64,000 nt of DNA from Octopus vulgaris (lineage: Eukaryota): positions 76,198,001-76,262,000 of the forward strand of contig OX597830.1 in the NCBI GenBank assembly GCA_951406725.2, in the 5' to 3' direction. Made by a program: the position numbers and the translations under genes. This document shows, in pieces, positions 14,100-27,919 of this stretch. The notes under the pieces are model-generated. The model saw only the letters and a list, made by a program, of their open reading frames with translations, did not search any database and was not told the DNA's origin. Position 1 is the first letter of the stretch, and each line of letters starts with the position of its first letter.

Positions 14100-15830
14100 G
14101 TAGTAGATAAATAAATAGATGAATAATACAGAACGGTGACAGCTTGAAAGCTTTTGATCATAGATCTGACTAAAGATGGAAGACTCGAGGGTAAACAACA
14201 ACAAAAATGACTACGACAACAACAACAACGAGACGGACAGCAAAGAAATAAATCTAATATCTTACCCTGGTTGAAGTTCGTGTAATGCTGTTTAAATATA
14301 TATGTTATATACCATCATCCATCACATTACAGACCAATTACTATATTGCACAACCCACTCCATATAAAGATACATTCACGCAGGCACGCAGTAACTCACA
14401 GACAGACGCTCACACACTCACACAAACACACACACACACACATATAGATGCATATGCACATAGAGAAATAGAAGCACCCTCACAGGCATACATACATACT
14501 TACATACATACATACACTGAAGTCCGCTCGCACGCACACACATGCACATACATAAAGAAATATAAACGTACACACTAACACAAATTCAAGAATACACACA
14601 CATACATACTTGCATATATACATACATACATACACATACTGAAGTGCACCTACATATAAAACACAAGCACACACACATATATATATATGCAGGTATCCAT
14701 ATACATGCACGCACACACAACACACACGCAACGAACACACATACATACACACACCAAAGACTCAAAGACCCAAATTCTCAAGAAAAATTTCCCCTAACCG
14801 GTTTAATTCTTTAGCTTTTGAACCAACCATATGCAGCCCAAGTATTCTCCCCTTTTTTAATGTTCAAACCGCCGATTTCTGGCTTCTCGCATCAACTCAG
14901 AGCCACATTCTAGCAATTATATCATCACGTCAGTGATATATCGCAGACACAAAAGTACGCATGATCAATTTGGATGAATAAATGAGCATTACATTTTTAA
15001 AAAATTATCTAAATGTTAAAGAGTTAAATTCTTATAAACATTTTTGATATTCTTTACAATGAAAAATTATAGAACTGAGATTCTCAAAACTGGCTGCATT
15101 AAAAGGGCATCTAGGCACACCACTGATTGAGCATATTCAAAATTGGATTAATCATAATTTTGTTTAGCACAAGTATGATTAAGAGGATTAATAAAACAAG
15201 ATCAGCTACAGTTTTCCATACAGTTCTCTATAGAGGTGCAGCTATGGTTGTGTGGTTAATAGCTTCGCTTTGCAAAACATGTTGTTTCGGCTTCAATCCC
15301 ACTGCACAGCACCTTGGGAAGATGGTTTCTACTATCATCTCAGGCTGACCAAAGCCTTGTGATCAACTGAGGTCGACGGAAATTGTGTAGAAGTCCATCC
15401 TGTATTATAATAGATTATGAGGCATTGAGTAAAAACTCTGGTTAAGTACCGCGAGGAATCTCAGTCCGACGCTCCACCGTTTCTGTCAATGTAACTATTA
15501 GAGGTCAAGCATATAAATTTTAATTATTTCGTATACGCACAAAATCGAATACACAAAAACTAGAATGTCAGAATCGACTGCATTTAATCGGTACTTTGTA
15601 GGTACTTTAATATTTTATGTCCTTTAATCGAATAACTCTCGTAAAGATGAGCGGCACAATTCCCTCCAGCGTGATTTGATCTCGCAAATATTAGAGACAC
15701 CTAATTAAACACGATAATGTATTTTGTCCAGTTTTGCTCTTAAATAAAATTCGCCACATTCTGACAATATCTAGTATAGGGGAGTTTACTAGACAGAAAC
15801 TAGATGTTAGGTACATATATAATATATATA

Positions 15831-15955
15831 CGAGGGGATGCTTGAAACGTTCTTGGCTTTGGGCAAAGGAAATCACAGGCGGATCAGTTAATTATGATCT
15901 TATTCACCTATTCCTCTTCTCATATTCATACACTTATTGCAGTGATCCTTCAGCG
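15831..15955. mobile_element. mariner-type terminal fragment or MITE end
   Basis: TA|CGAGGGGATGCTTGAAACGTTC resembles mariner TIRs; no partner TIR found. Confidence 0.45.
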
Positions 15956-17486
15956 CTACTTACTAGACATCTGGATCTCCCCGTTTGCTCTTAGGGCCTG
16001 TCCGAGTCTATAAAGGTTTTATGTCTCTCTAATTAAGGGGAAATATTCCTCGAGCTCTGAAAGTTTCTTCACGTCTGCAACGTAAATATTTTAAAATTTT
16101 GTATTCATGTAGAGTCTGACGAGAGCTGTCAATGAGGGTTTGACATTGTGGTTGCAAAATCTTGGGCACCTCTATAAAATTTTGTTGTAATACACACACA
16201 CACACACACACATATGTATGTGTATATAGTTCTTTGTGGAGCAGTGTTGTCTGCGTCATAACAATTTATAAAATTCCTGATATAGACATATATATATATA
16301 TATATATATAATGTCATAGCGCTAGCTGTCTTGAAACAACATATGGTAATAATCAAAGTGGTGTCTTCTATGACCTCAGCAGATCGTACCCAATTCTCTC
16401 GTAACATTGATCTACATATTATAAAGAATGATTGATTTTACCTTTTCGTCGAACAAAAAAGAAAGAAGCAAACAAACAAACAAACAAAGAAGGAAAGAAA
16501 AAGTGGCCTCTGTATATTGCAGAAATGTTAGAATCTATTGCACTTATTCCTGACTTCAAGGAAATCAGTCATCTTTTATCTTCTACCATTTTCCAGGCTT
16601 CAGTCATTGGACTGCAACCATACTAAGGCACCGCGTTGGGGGGTTGTGGTGGATGATCAAAATGTGATCGATACAATAAGTATTGGAATACAATAAATAA
16701 ATAAATAAATGAAAGTATTGGTGTCTAAAGCCCTTCAAAGGCTATCCCAGCATGGCCATAGTCTAATGACTGAAGCAAGTAGAAGTGATCGCATCCAGGT
16801 GAGAAGTAAATTCAATATTCAATGATATTTCTTGAGGCACAAGTCTGATTAAAACTATTCCATCCGTAATCATCCCGTTTTTTACTAAAATATAGTTACA
16901 ACAAAACCACCTTACCCAACATGCTCCTTTTTTTTAAGACTTAAAAGGTGCGATTTGTGGGATTTGGTTGTTATTTCTAGCAAATTTAGCGACCACATAG
17001 AAGCCTTCTGGATGAAATACCTTGTGATATTTACTTACGTTTATTTTAGGTTTAGGGTTTTAAACTGTGGCTCAGAAAATTCTTTGGCCTTCATCCATTC
17101 CAGGATCGATAAGATCAATATTTGTTATGTGCTACGATCGAAAAATCCGATTATATGATTCGTCTTCAAAAATCGTTACCTTCGAGGTTTCAATTGTTAC
17201 CACACTGAAGGTAACGTTTATCTACATAGGCTTTTTGCCAATTATATAACCTCACAAAATAGACGCTGTGAAATAATGACAGTGACCAATTGCAAATTTT
17301 GGCACATCGCCAGCAATATCGGGGGAGGGAGTAAGTGAATAACATTAATTCCAGTGCTCAACTGGTATTATTCTACCAACCCGAAAGGACGAAAGGTAAA
17401 GTCGATTTCGGCGGAATTGGAACTCAGAACATAACGACAGACGAAATATATATATATATATATATTTTTTTTTATTATATAGAAGG

Positions 17487-17537
17487 AGCTTCTACAGGAC
17501 TAGTACTGTTTCATTCAAGAGAAATCTTCAGGAAGCT
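17487..17537 (-). ncRNA. Type-I minimal hammerhead ribozyme (Penelope pLTR type)
   Basis: Minus strand: AGCUUC-CUGAAGA-UUUC UCUU GAAU-GAAA-CAG UACUAGUC CUG-UA-GAAGCU. 6-bp stem I, intact core, GUA site, palindromic ACUAGU in loop III. Stem II has a U-U closing mismatch. Confidence 0.75.
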
Positions 17538-17869
17538 ATTTAACAAGAATTGTATTAGCATTTATACATTTAGGCAGGTTTAAAGGAGTGGTGGTGGGGG
17601 ACTTTTTGGGGGTAGGCATAGCGCAAAATATCATACTTGGGGGAGTGGTCAAGGAGTCAGTGGTAAGTTAGATGAAAGAATAGATAAATAAAAAAATAAT
17701 AAAATAATAAAATAAAAAATAAAAAAATAAAATAAAAAAATAAAAAAATAAAAATATAAAAAATATATATAAAAAAAGTATATACATAAAATATATATAT
17801 AAAAAAATATATATATAAAAAAAGGGGGGATAGAGTTATAGGTAAATAAGGAGATTCTCACTTATACCT

Positions 17870-17933
17870 ATACACACATGTATACGTATCTACACACACA
17901 TACATACATACACATATATATATACACACACAT

Positions 17934-17974
<41 letters not shown>

Positions 17975-18854
17975 TACATATGTACACACATACATACATA
18001 TCTACATACACACATACATACACCCGCCCACATATACAAATTTATACACATGCACATGCCTATACCTGTCTACACATACACACACGTATATATGCATACA
18101 CTCACTCCCATGCATGCACGCATACACACATGTATATATATATATATATATATACCCACGACCACACATACATATATACACATAAAAATATATATTCATA
18201 CGCACATACACTCATGCACACACAACACACCCAGTTCCCTATATACACATATTTACACCTATATATACATACACCCACATACACCTATGTACACATATAT
18301 ATATATAAACATATACACGCATACATATATATACATGTGTGCACATACATACATACACACATATATACATACACATACACATACACATGTGTACCTATAC
18401 ATACCTACACATACACACATACATACATACAAATATACATATACATATATATATATACAATCCAATACAGGCCCATTCCCTAATTTTAATTTTATTATCT
18501 TCATTTATTACTTTTGTTATCTTTGATCGCTAGGGCTAAGAATCCTGGCAATGGCTGCATGTCCATTTGTCTGTCTACTAGAAGGCAAGTACTCATTCCC
18601 GCACGCACACTCATTAGCACGTACATTCACCCATTCGTACACTCATACACATACACGTACGCACGCGTTATATTCATACATACAAACATCTACATACGTT
18701 CACGTATATACACATACGTACTCGTACCTACAGATTCGTGTCTACACTTTAGGAGGCTAGTCTATACATATACACCAATAAATATACATATATATATATA
18801 TACCCGCATATACATACACACACACACATATATACTCCTACATACAGATACATA

Positions 18855-18916
<62 letters not shown>

Positions 18917-19096
18917 CATACACATACACACATACATATACACACACATACATACACATATATATACATACACAAACATATATACACACACATATATATA
19001 CATACACACATACACACATACATACGTATACATACATACATACATCCATACATCCATACTTACATGCATTTATACGCATACACACACTCATCTATA

Positions 19097-19135
<39 letters not shown>

Positions 19136-19412
19136 TCACACATACATATACAAATCTACGCACACACATACATACATACACGTATACGCATACACGCACA
19201 TACACATATACATGCGTACCCATACACGTGCACACACGCACGCGCATCCATATATATACACACACACACATATATATACACGTGTGCAAGCATACATACA
19301 TACTCATACGCGCACACATACTTACAAATACATATATGCACACACTTACACACATATATATACATACACATATACATGCATACATACATATATGCATACA
19401 TACACACACGCA

Positions 19413-19458
<46 letters not shown>

Positions 19459-19517
19459 TATACATATATAGATATACATACACATACATACACATACACA
19501 TACATACACACACATAC

Positions 19518-19558
<41 letters not shown>

Positions 19559-19763
19559 TACACACATACACATATACATACATATACATACACACACACA
19601 TACATATATACATATACACTGATACACATACCCATACATACACATGCATATACTTATATCACTACATACTCACATATATAAACATATATACATATACACA
19701 CATACATATATACATGTACATACACATACGTATGCATATATATATACATACATATATATACAC

Positions 19764-19804
<41 letters not shown>

Positions 19805-20062
19805 TACATATACACATATACATGTATACATACGCAAAAATGATACACATATATACACATACACACACACAGACAGATGCATATACATACATATATATAT
19901 ATAAACTACATATCTATATAAATACATACATAATACAGATATACACACACATATATATACATTCATGCATATACATATACAAGTATACATACACATACAT
20001 ACACACACACGCGCACACATACATATACACACACACATATACAAATGCATACATACACACAT

Positions 20063-20100
<38 letters not shown>

Positions 20101-20640
20101 ACATGTACACATATACATATGTATATATATATCAACAAGGGAGGGTAAAGTTAATTAGTTATTAATCAATTTCATCAAGTGTTCAGTATGTAAAGGGACC
20201 ATTATTATTTTGAGTAAACAATGTTAGAGGGAAAAAAATTCTCTAAGTAGTGGAAGAGGCTAAAAAACTTTATTGGCTGCTATTTCTAGAAAGTTTAGTA
20301 TGTGGCAAAGTAATTTATTTTATTTTCCTAAGCCCTAATTATATAATATTTTATACATACATACACATACATAAGCACATACATTTACACATACATATGC
20401 ATATACATATATACACATATACATACAAACACATATACACATATACACACACACACACATACAAGCACATACATATATATATATATATATATATATGCAA
20501 ATATATATACATATATATTTTTACATGCATACATACACACACACACACATAATACATGCGTATATTCCTACTGTACCCATGCATTTCTATACATATATAC
20601 ATACATACATACGATACACATATACAAGCGTGCACATATA
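17870..20640. repeat. About 2.8-kb degenerate (CA)/(TA)/(CATA) low-complexity tract with short unique islands
   Basis: Direct reading; source of the spurious 544-aa ORF. Confidence 0.9.
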
Positions 20641-20749
20641 ATATGTGAAAGGTCTTAGGAGAAAAGGTAATCGGGGGTGCTAGGGGAACAGTGGGGTTGG
20701 GGGGGGTTGTATGGGGGGTTTGTAGGGGGGGGTTGTAGGGGGGTTGTCA

Positions 20750-21150
20750 TCAATCAGGTTGCCGGGTAGGTCTATAGTTCTTGTAGTTCGCATACTTCTT
20801 ATGCATGCAATTTGGGGAGTGTTCTGAAAATTTGTTAAGGAGAGGGCCTTTGGCGAACAAGATCTCTAGGCTCTCTGATATGCATAGGTCACAGCAGGTA
20901 TGTCCTCCTGTGTACGAGCGCGCCTTCTGTAGTAGTTTCCACTTGGTCTTGAAGGGTATTGAGTTCCTTTTAAGGTACCAGATGTGGGCGGCGAGGGTAG
21001 TTTGGTTGGATTTATCCTGTCGCCGGAACGAGTGTGTATGTGCATACCAGCGGGTCTTAAAGCTGTTTGACGTCATTCCAATGTAGGATTTACTTTTATC
21101 GTCAAGGCCTGATCTTACCTCGCATTTATATACTAGGTCCCTCTGTTTGC
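20750..21150 (-). mobile_element. Penelope-like element, C-terminal GIY-YIG endonuclease remnant
   Basis: The frame extends upstream of the called Met: RDLVYKCEVRSGLDDKSKSYIGMTSNSFKTRWYAH…LAAHIWYLK…W…CDLCISE…LLNKFSE…CMHK, i.e. LVY…YIG, the conserved R, and the CxxCxxE and LN motifs. Confidence 0.85.
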
Positions 21151-21164
21151 GTATAAATGCATGT

Positions 21165-21320
21165 ATACTTAAGTGCTAAACTTCTGGAAGGTTTCACAGA
21201 TTTTGACAGTTCCACTGATGGCTTGAATCTAATCTTTTAATTAGTGCTTCTCTTTTCTGGTTTTGTGAAGTTTGGTACTTAGGGAGTTTGTTACATGTCC
21301 CAGGACCCCAATGTTTATAG
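21165..21320 (-). mobile_element. 3'-end fragment of the TACA-associated LINE family
   Basis: Minus translation PINIGVLGHVTNS…IQAISGTVKICETFQKF matches the C-terminus of the 669-1535 element. Confidence 0.65.
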
Positions 21321-21350
21321 GCGTGCTGACGATTCTGCTAGCTCGCGACC

Positions 21351-21391
<41 letters not shown>

Positions 21392-23120
21392 CTGATATGC
21401 TAAATAGAACTGGATGCGGATATAAATGTTACGGCAAAACGATCAGCCACCTTTTATATATGGATGACCTAAAACTATACGCTGCAAATGACAAACAGCT
21501 GGAAACACTATTAAAGACAGTTCATGGATTTACCAAAGAAATAGATATGAAATTTGGATTAGAAAAATGCGCCAAAGTAACCATGAAAAGAGGAAAACTA
21601 GTTAAGAGTAACAACATCACACTAGATAAAACCAATGAAATAAAAGAATTAGACCAAAGCCAAACTTACAAATACTTAGGAATCCATGAACTAGATAAGA
21701 CACAACACACACAAATGAAAGAGAAAATAAAAAAAGAATATTATAGACGAGTTAGATCAATACTAAACACAGAGCTCAATGCCAAAAACAAGATAATAGG
21801 TATCAACACTTTAGCTGTCCCAGTTATAAGTTACAGCTACAATATCCTTAACTGGACACGAAATGAACTGACCAAAATAGATAGGAAAACAAGAAAAATA
21901 ATGACAGGATCTAGGATGCATCACCCAAAATCTGACATAGAAAGACTATATATACAACGTATGGAAGGTGGTAGAGGCCTTATACAACTGGAAAACTACT
22001 ATAAAATAACCACCATAGGACTGCAAAAATATCTACTTCAGAAGGAAGGAAAACTGATCCAGATAGCGGCAAAACACGAGCAAAACAAAAAACTGTTCTC
22101 AGTATTTAAGGAAGCTGACAAATACAAACAAGAAATCATACCACCTAATAAACATGAAGAAGAAGAAGAAGATGAAGAAACAACAAAAGCTATAAAACAA
22201 ATGAAATCCAAACTAAAAACAGAACAGCAACGAACCATGATAAAACGATGGCAAGAAAAGCCCTTCATGGTAAATACTGCACTAAACTAAACGCAAAAGA
22301 AATAGACAAAGAAAAATCCCAGCAATGGTTGAGAAGCTCAGGACTCAAAGCAGAAACAGAGGGATTTTTAATTGCAGCACAAGACCAAAGCCTCCCCACC
22401 AGAAATTACCAAAAACATGTAATGAAAAGAAATATTACAAGTAACTGCAGAATATGTGGAGATGGACAAGAAACAATAAATCATATTATCTCTAGCTGCC
22501 CAGTCCTGGCTAAGAAGGAATATATTCACAGACATGACAGAGTTGGAACCTACATACATTGGAAGCTATGCCAACATTATGGAATAACAACAGAAAAAAG
22601 ATGGTATAGGCACACACCAGAAAAGGTCACAGAAAACGAGAAAGCAACCATACTCTGGGATATGCCGATACACACAGATAGAGAAATTAAGGCCAACAGA
22701 CCAGATATAGTTGTCAGAGATCATGAAGAAAAAAAATGCTTTTTAATTGATGTATCAATACCGGCAGATGACAACGTGTCTCTAAAAGAAATGGAGAAAC
22801 TCTCAAAATACAAAGACCTGGAAATAGAGGTAACTAGAATGTGGAATCTGAAAACAGAAACAATTCCTATCATAGTAGGTGCATTAGGCATGATAAAAAA
22901 ATATTCAGACAAATACATAACAAAAACACCAGGACTTACAAACACATATAACATACAGAAAATTGCACTACTAGGCACTGCCCACATCCTACGCAGAACA
23001 CTTTCCATACAATAACCATCAGAGCATCACAACAAATCACAGCACATACCCAAGGCACACAGAGCTGCGCTCGGTAGTGAAGTGAAAGCACGCTATAAAA
23101 ATAAAAATAAAACTACTGAA
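21392..23120 (+). mobile_element. 5'-truncated R4/Dong-type non-LTR retrotransposon (RT C-terminal half, CCHC knuckle, RLE endonuclease) inserted in (TAA)n
   Basis: ORFs 21397-22290 and 22248-23015 join across one frameshift at about 22261. Motifs: HLLYMDDLKLY, FGLEKC, YKYLG, GGRGL, CRIC...ETINHIISSC, RHD, RPDIVV, IDVSIP, K..KY. Short 3' UTR; (TAA)n on both sides. Confidence 0.92.
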
Positions 23121-23133
23121 TAATAATAATAAT

Positions 23134-23620
23134 TGGAAGTGTTATCATGTACATTGTTTTGTCTTGGTATAAAAGATGGGCTACAGCAAATATTCTGCTC
23201 AATACCACAGATTTGCTTGTCAGTTGTTTGACCATGTCCCTTAGTGGCTGACGATATGTGCATCTCTGATCATGAGCAGAAGTAGTGGGGGAGCATCATA
23301 GCCGTGTGTTGAAAGGAATTCTTGGAGGTTTGGATAATTCACCTTTGGAAACATGGGTGGTTCGTTCAACATCCTTAAGCAACACTTATTCAGGGACCTT
23401 TCGAACGGGATGAGTTACTCGACCTGAAGAAAATTCTATCTGGGCCCCACCTGCAAGGTCATGCGCTGTTTATCTTGATATGAGATCACCATGTCGCACA
23501 CATATTGTTGTGATGCATGTGCCTGGTGTACCCTTATCAGACAGTTATTCATGATGGATATACTGGGCTTCGTATATTTTACCCCAGTGTCACTTTGATG
23601 GCATGTACTGCTCTCATTCA
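23134..23620 (+). mobile_element. About 490-bp non-coding insert between TAA tracts; probable 3' UTR of another TAA-targeting retroelement or its SINE
   Basis: Complex sequence bounded by (TAA)n on both sides directly after the Dong-like copy. No credible ORF. Orientation inferred from the longer TAA tail. Confidence 0.45.
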
Positions 23621-23624
23621 ATAG

Positions 23625-23700
<76 letters not shown>

Positions 23701-23924
23701 CCACTGTAGGCACAAGGTCTGAAATTTTGTGGTAAAGGGTAAGTCGATTACATCGATCCCAGTGCTCAACTGGTACTTATTTTACCGACCCCGAAAAGAT
23801 ACAGGTCAAAGTTGGCTTCGGCGGAATTTGAACTCAGAACGAAGCAACGGACGAAACACTGCTAAATATTTCGCCGGGCGTGCTAACGGTTCTGCTAGCT
23901 CGCCACCTTAATAATAATAATAAC

Positions 23925-24070
<146 letters not shown>

Positions 24071-26234
24071 TGATGATGATGATAATAATTTTGGAGGTAG
24101 AATATACTTTACTCACTAATGTTATCATCAACAGTATATTTAAAGTAACTGCGTTTACTAACTGATTATGTAACAGCATATTTTAATTAACAGCAATCTC
24201 TGTTGTCTCTTTCTCAATTTATTGTAATAAATTACAGAAGATATATAACAAACCGTGATAGACCCATAATCTAGGATTTCAAAAATATGTTTCGCGTTTC
24301 ATTATATTTATATAATTGTTTTAAGTTGAATATAATTTAGTACTCGCGCTACGTTTCATATTTATATTCAATAATTGAATATAATATAAAACTGCAGTTT
24401 TATATTAAACAGTCAATTTCATAATTTTCATTAATTTCATATTATTATCATTCATATTATTATATCTAACTTCATCTAGACATTTTTTTCTGTTACCACT
24501 TAATAAGTGATTGCATGTGGTTGGTTATACAAAGTGAATATTCCAGATAATACAGCTGGTTCATCTACACATAATTAATTTTCTACCTTATACTCTGAAG
24601 ATAGCCACTTTGTTGTACATTCATCTTATATGATACATACAGAGCGTTCGGTTTACTCATTTACTCTTTTACTTGTTTCAGTCATGTGACTGTGGCCATG
24701 CTGGAGCACCGCCTTTAGTCGAGGACTTATTCTTGTAAGCCTAGTACTTATTCTATCGAATTCTTTTGCCGAACCGCTAAGTTACGGGAACGTAAACACA
24801 CCAGCATCGGTTGTCAAGCGATGTTGGGTGTACAATCACAGACACACAAACATATACTCACATGCATACATACACATATACGACGGGCTTCTTTCAGTTT
24901 CCGTCTACCAAGCTATATCGTTGAAAGGTAGATAACAATAACAAATTCACATTTCGAACTTGAGAAAAGTCTTGAATATTTTTACTGTTCCACCAACAGA
25001 TTGTATTTGTAATGTACTCGTTAGTCATTTTTTACTCCTATTCTACTTGTTTCAGTCATTAGACTGCAGCTATGCTGGAACATCGCCTTGAGGAAGTTTT
25101 AGTCGATCAAATCGATCCCGGTACTTAATTAGTTTTTAGGCCTGATATTTATTTTACCAATCATTTTTGGCAAGCCACAAAGTTTCAAAGACGTAAACAC
25201 ACCCACACCGGTTGTCATTTTAGTGGTGGGAAACAAACATAGACACAAAGACACTTACAAACACAATTATATATATATATATGTACACATATACACATAC
25301 ATACACGTACGCGCGGTCACACGCACACACACACATATACGACGGGCTTTCTTGAGTTCCTTTTTACCAAATCCATGCACAAGGCTTTAGTCGGCTCCCA
25401 GCTATAGTAGAAGATACTTGCACAGAACCATATGGATTGGAAGCAAGCTTCTTACCACACAGTCACTTTTCTGAAAACCCTGGCAATTAGGCATTTACTC
25501 ACAAAACCAAGTGCACCGATTATTATTGTTATAAATGTGATTTTATAATCTGGTGGAAGTTTCGAAACAGTTCTTCTTTGTTATCATCTTTCCCTTTGAC
25601 ATGTCAAAGACATATTCACATCAGCAAGTCAGCTGAAATTCTGTGACAGGACCCACTTTTTCATGTCTGATCTGTTATGGTCACACTTAGTCAAAATTTC
25701 GATTGAATATTTCGCGAATATTCTTTTTGTTGATGCTTATGTATGAATTCAGTACCAGTAGGTGGAGTACCTCTATAATTATTCCGGGACAGACTATTTT
25801 TTCGGATAGTTTTGTATACTGTTTTAACTACAACGTCGTGTCGCGTTGGAAAGTAGTAACTTGAAGACATTTCGGGAATGTATATAAGTATGTATGCATG
25901 TACATATGTATCTCTCTTACTCTTTTACTCTTTTACTTGTTTCAGTCATTTGACTGCGGCCATGCTGGAGCACCGCCTTTATCGAGCAAATCGACTAAAG
26001 TTACGGGGGCGTAAACACACCAGCATCAGTTGTCAAGCGTTGTTGGGGGACAAACACAGACATACAAACATATACACACACATGCATATATACGACGGGT
26101 TTCTTTCAGTTTCCGTCTACCAAATCCACTCACAACGCTTTGGTCGGCCCGAGGCTATAGTAGAAGACGCATTGGGACTGAACCCGGAACCATGTGGTTG
26201 GTAAGCAAGCTACTTACTACACAGCCACTCCTAC

Positions 26235-26693
26235 GCCAGTTGTTGTTGTCTACCCAGTCACATTATATACACAAACATACATATCCACAGACACATGGAT
26301 GTATAATACAGCATCTATATATAGACACAGTATATATCTGTCCTATCTGTCTATCTCGCCTGTATGTAGTATATATGTATATATGTACTTAAGCATTTAG
26401 TCATATATATATATAAACAATTCATTAATAAGGGCAAACGAAAAAATTCTTAATGCCGAATATGCCGAAAAATTGGACATATTGTCCATTAACCATATAA
26501 TTTTTTCACAATACGCACGCTACTCGAAAAAAGGTCGACAGAAATTTCTAAAAAATTCCATTATTACCATATCGGACCGATTTCAGGGTTAGCTCACAAG
26601 AGCCCTCCCTTCGTCAGTGATAAATGTGGCAAAAGAAATAAATGAGATACTTACTCATACCCTTATCTATCTATCTATCTCTCTATCTATCTC

Positions 26694-26791
<98 letters not shown>

Positions 26792-27059
26792 TGTATGTAT
26801 GTCTTTTTCAAGTAGACGCAACCGAGATACGTTTCATGAAACCATACTAGGAATCTCTCCAGCATTTATCACATTTGGTAAGAACTCAATTACATGTTGT
26901 TCCTGCCAATAACATTAATACAGTCGAGTTGTCTTCGTTCGCCAAACTATAGCATATGGACGATTTAGCCATCTGTTTAACACAATAGCAGTGGCCAGCA
27001 AAGCCTACCCTGCCTAGAACAATTATAATGAAGAAGAGTGGAAGATGCCCACATATGTC

Positions 27060-27141
<82 letters not shown>

Positions 27142-27400
27142 TGCCTGTACACACACATGTGTGCGTGGTGGTAGGGTATGTACGTGAACGTGCACGTCTG
27201 TGTTAGACTGATGAATATATAGACACAGCTATTGACATATGCACGCACGTGTAGGCACCTTGATAAGCTATAATAGAAAAAAAGAAAAGGAAATAATAAA
27301 AACAATAAAGACTAAGAGCAAATCTAAAAAAAAGCATACATATATACATACCTGAATATACATACATGTATACATATATATAAAGATATATGCGTAAGTA

Positions 27401-27456
<56 letters not shown>

Positions 27457-27595
27457 CAAACTGCGAGAGGCGAGATAGACAGATAGGACATATATATATT
27501 GTATCTATATATAGATGCTGCGTTTATACACTCATGTGTCTGTGGATATGTATGTTTGTGTATATAATGTGACTGGGCAGACAACAACACCTGGC
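26235..27595. repeat. About 127-bp inverted duplication (26235-26361 and 27468-27595)
   Basis: GCCAG.TGTTGTTGTCT.CCCAGTCACATTATATACACAAACATACATATCCACAGACACATG… is present in both orientations at roughly 90% identity. Confidence 0.8.
26570..26622 (-). ncRNA. Type-I minimal hammerhead ribozyme
   Basis: Minus strand: UAUCA-CUGACGA-AGGG AG GGCUC UUGU GAGCU AA CCCU-GAAA-UCGG-UC-CGAUA. Intact core, extended stem II, GUC site, one mismatch at the base of stem I. Confidence 0.7.
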
Positions 27596-27822
27596 TAATG
27601 ATATTAATACTTCATTATAAAAGTTATCATAACTATGGATCTGCTTTCGAGTGTAAATAAAATCTTTTGACACGCCAAATTGATGTACAACGTGTGTGTG
27701 TGTGTGTGTATGTGTGTGTGAGTATGAGTTTGTGTGTGTGTGTGTGAGTGTGTATTCAGGTCTTTATATAAGTATAAATTCATATATGCATATATACGTG
27801 TATATATTCATTACACATATTA

Positions 27823-27919
<97 letters not shown>

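Noticed and set aside
20670-20748. G-rich GGGGGGTTGTA repeats as a possible telomeric or G-quadruplex element
   Set aside because: Not TTAGGG; best explained as part of the Penelope 3' region.
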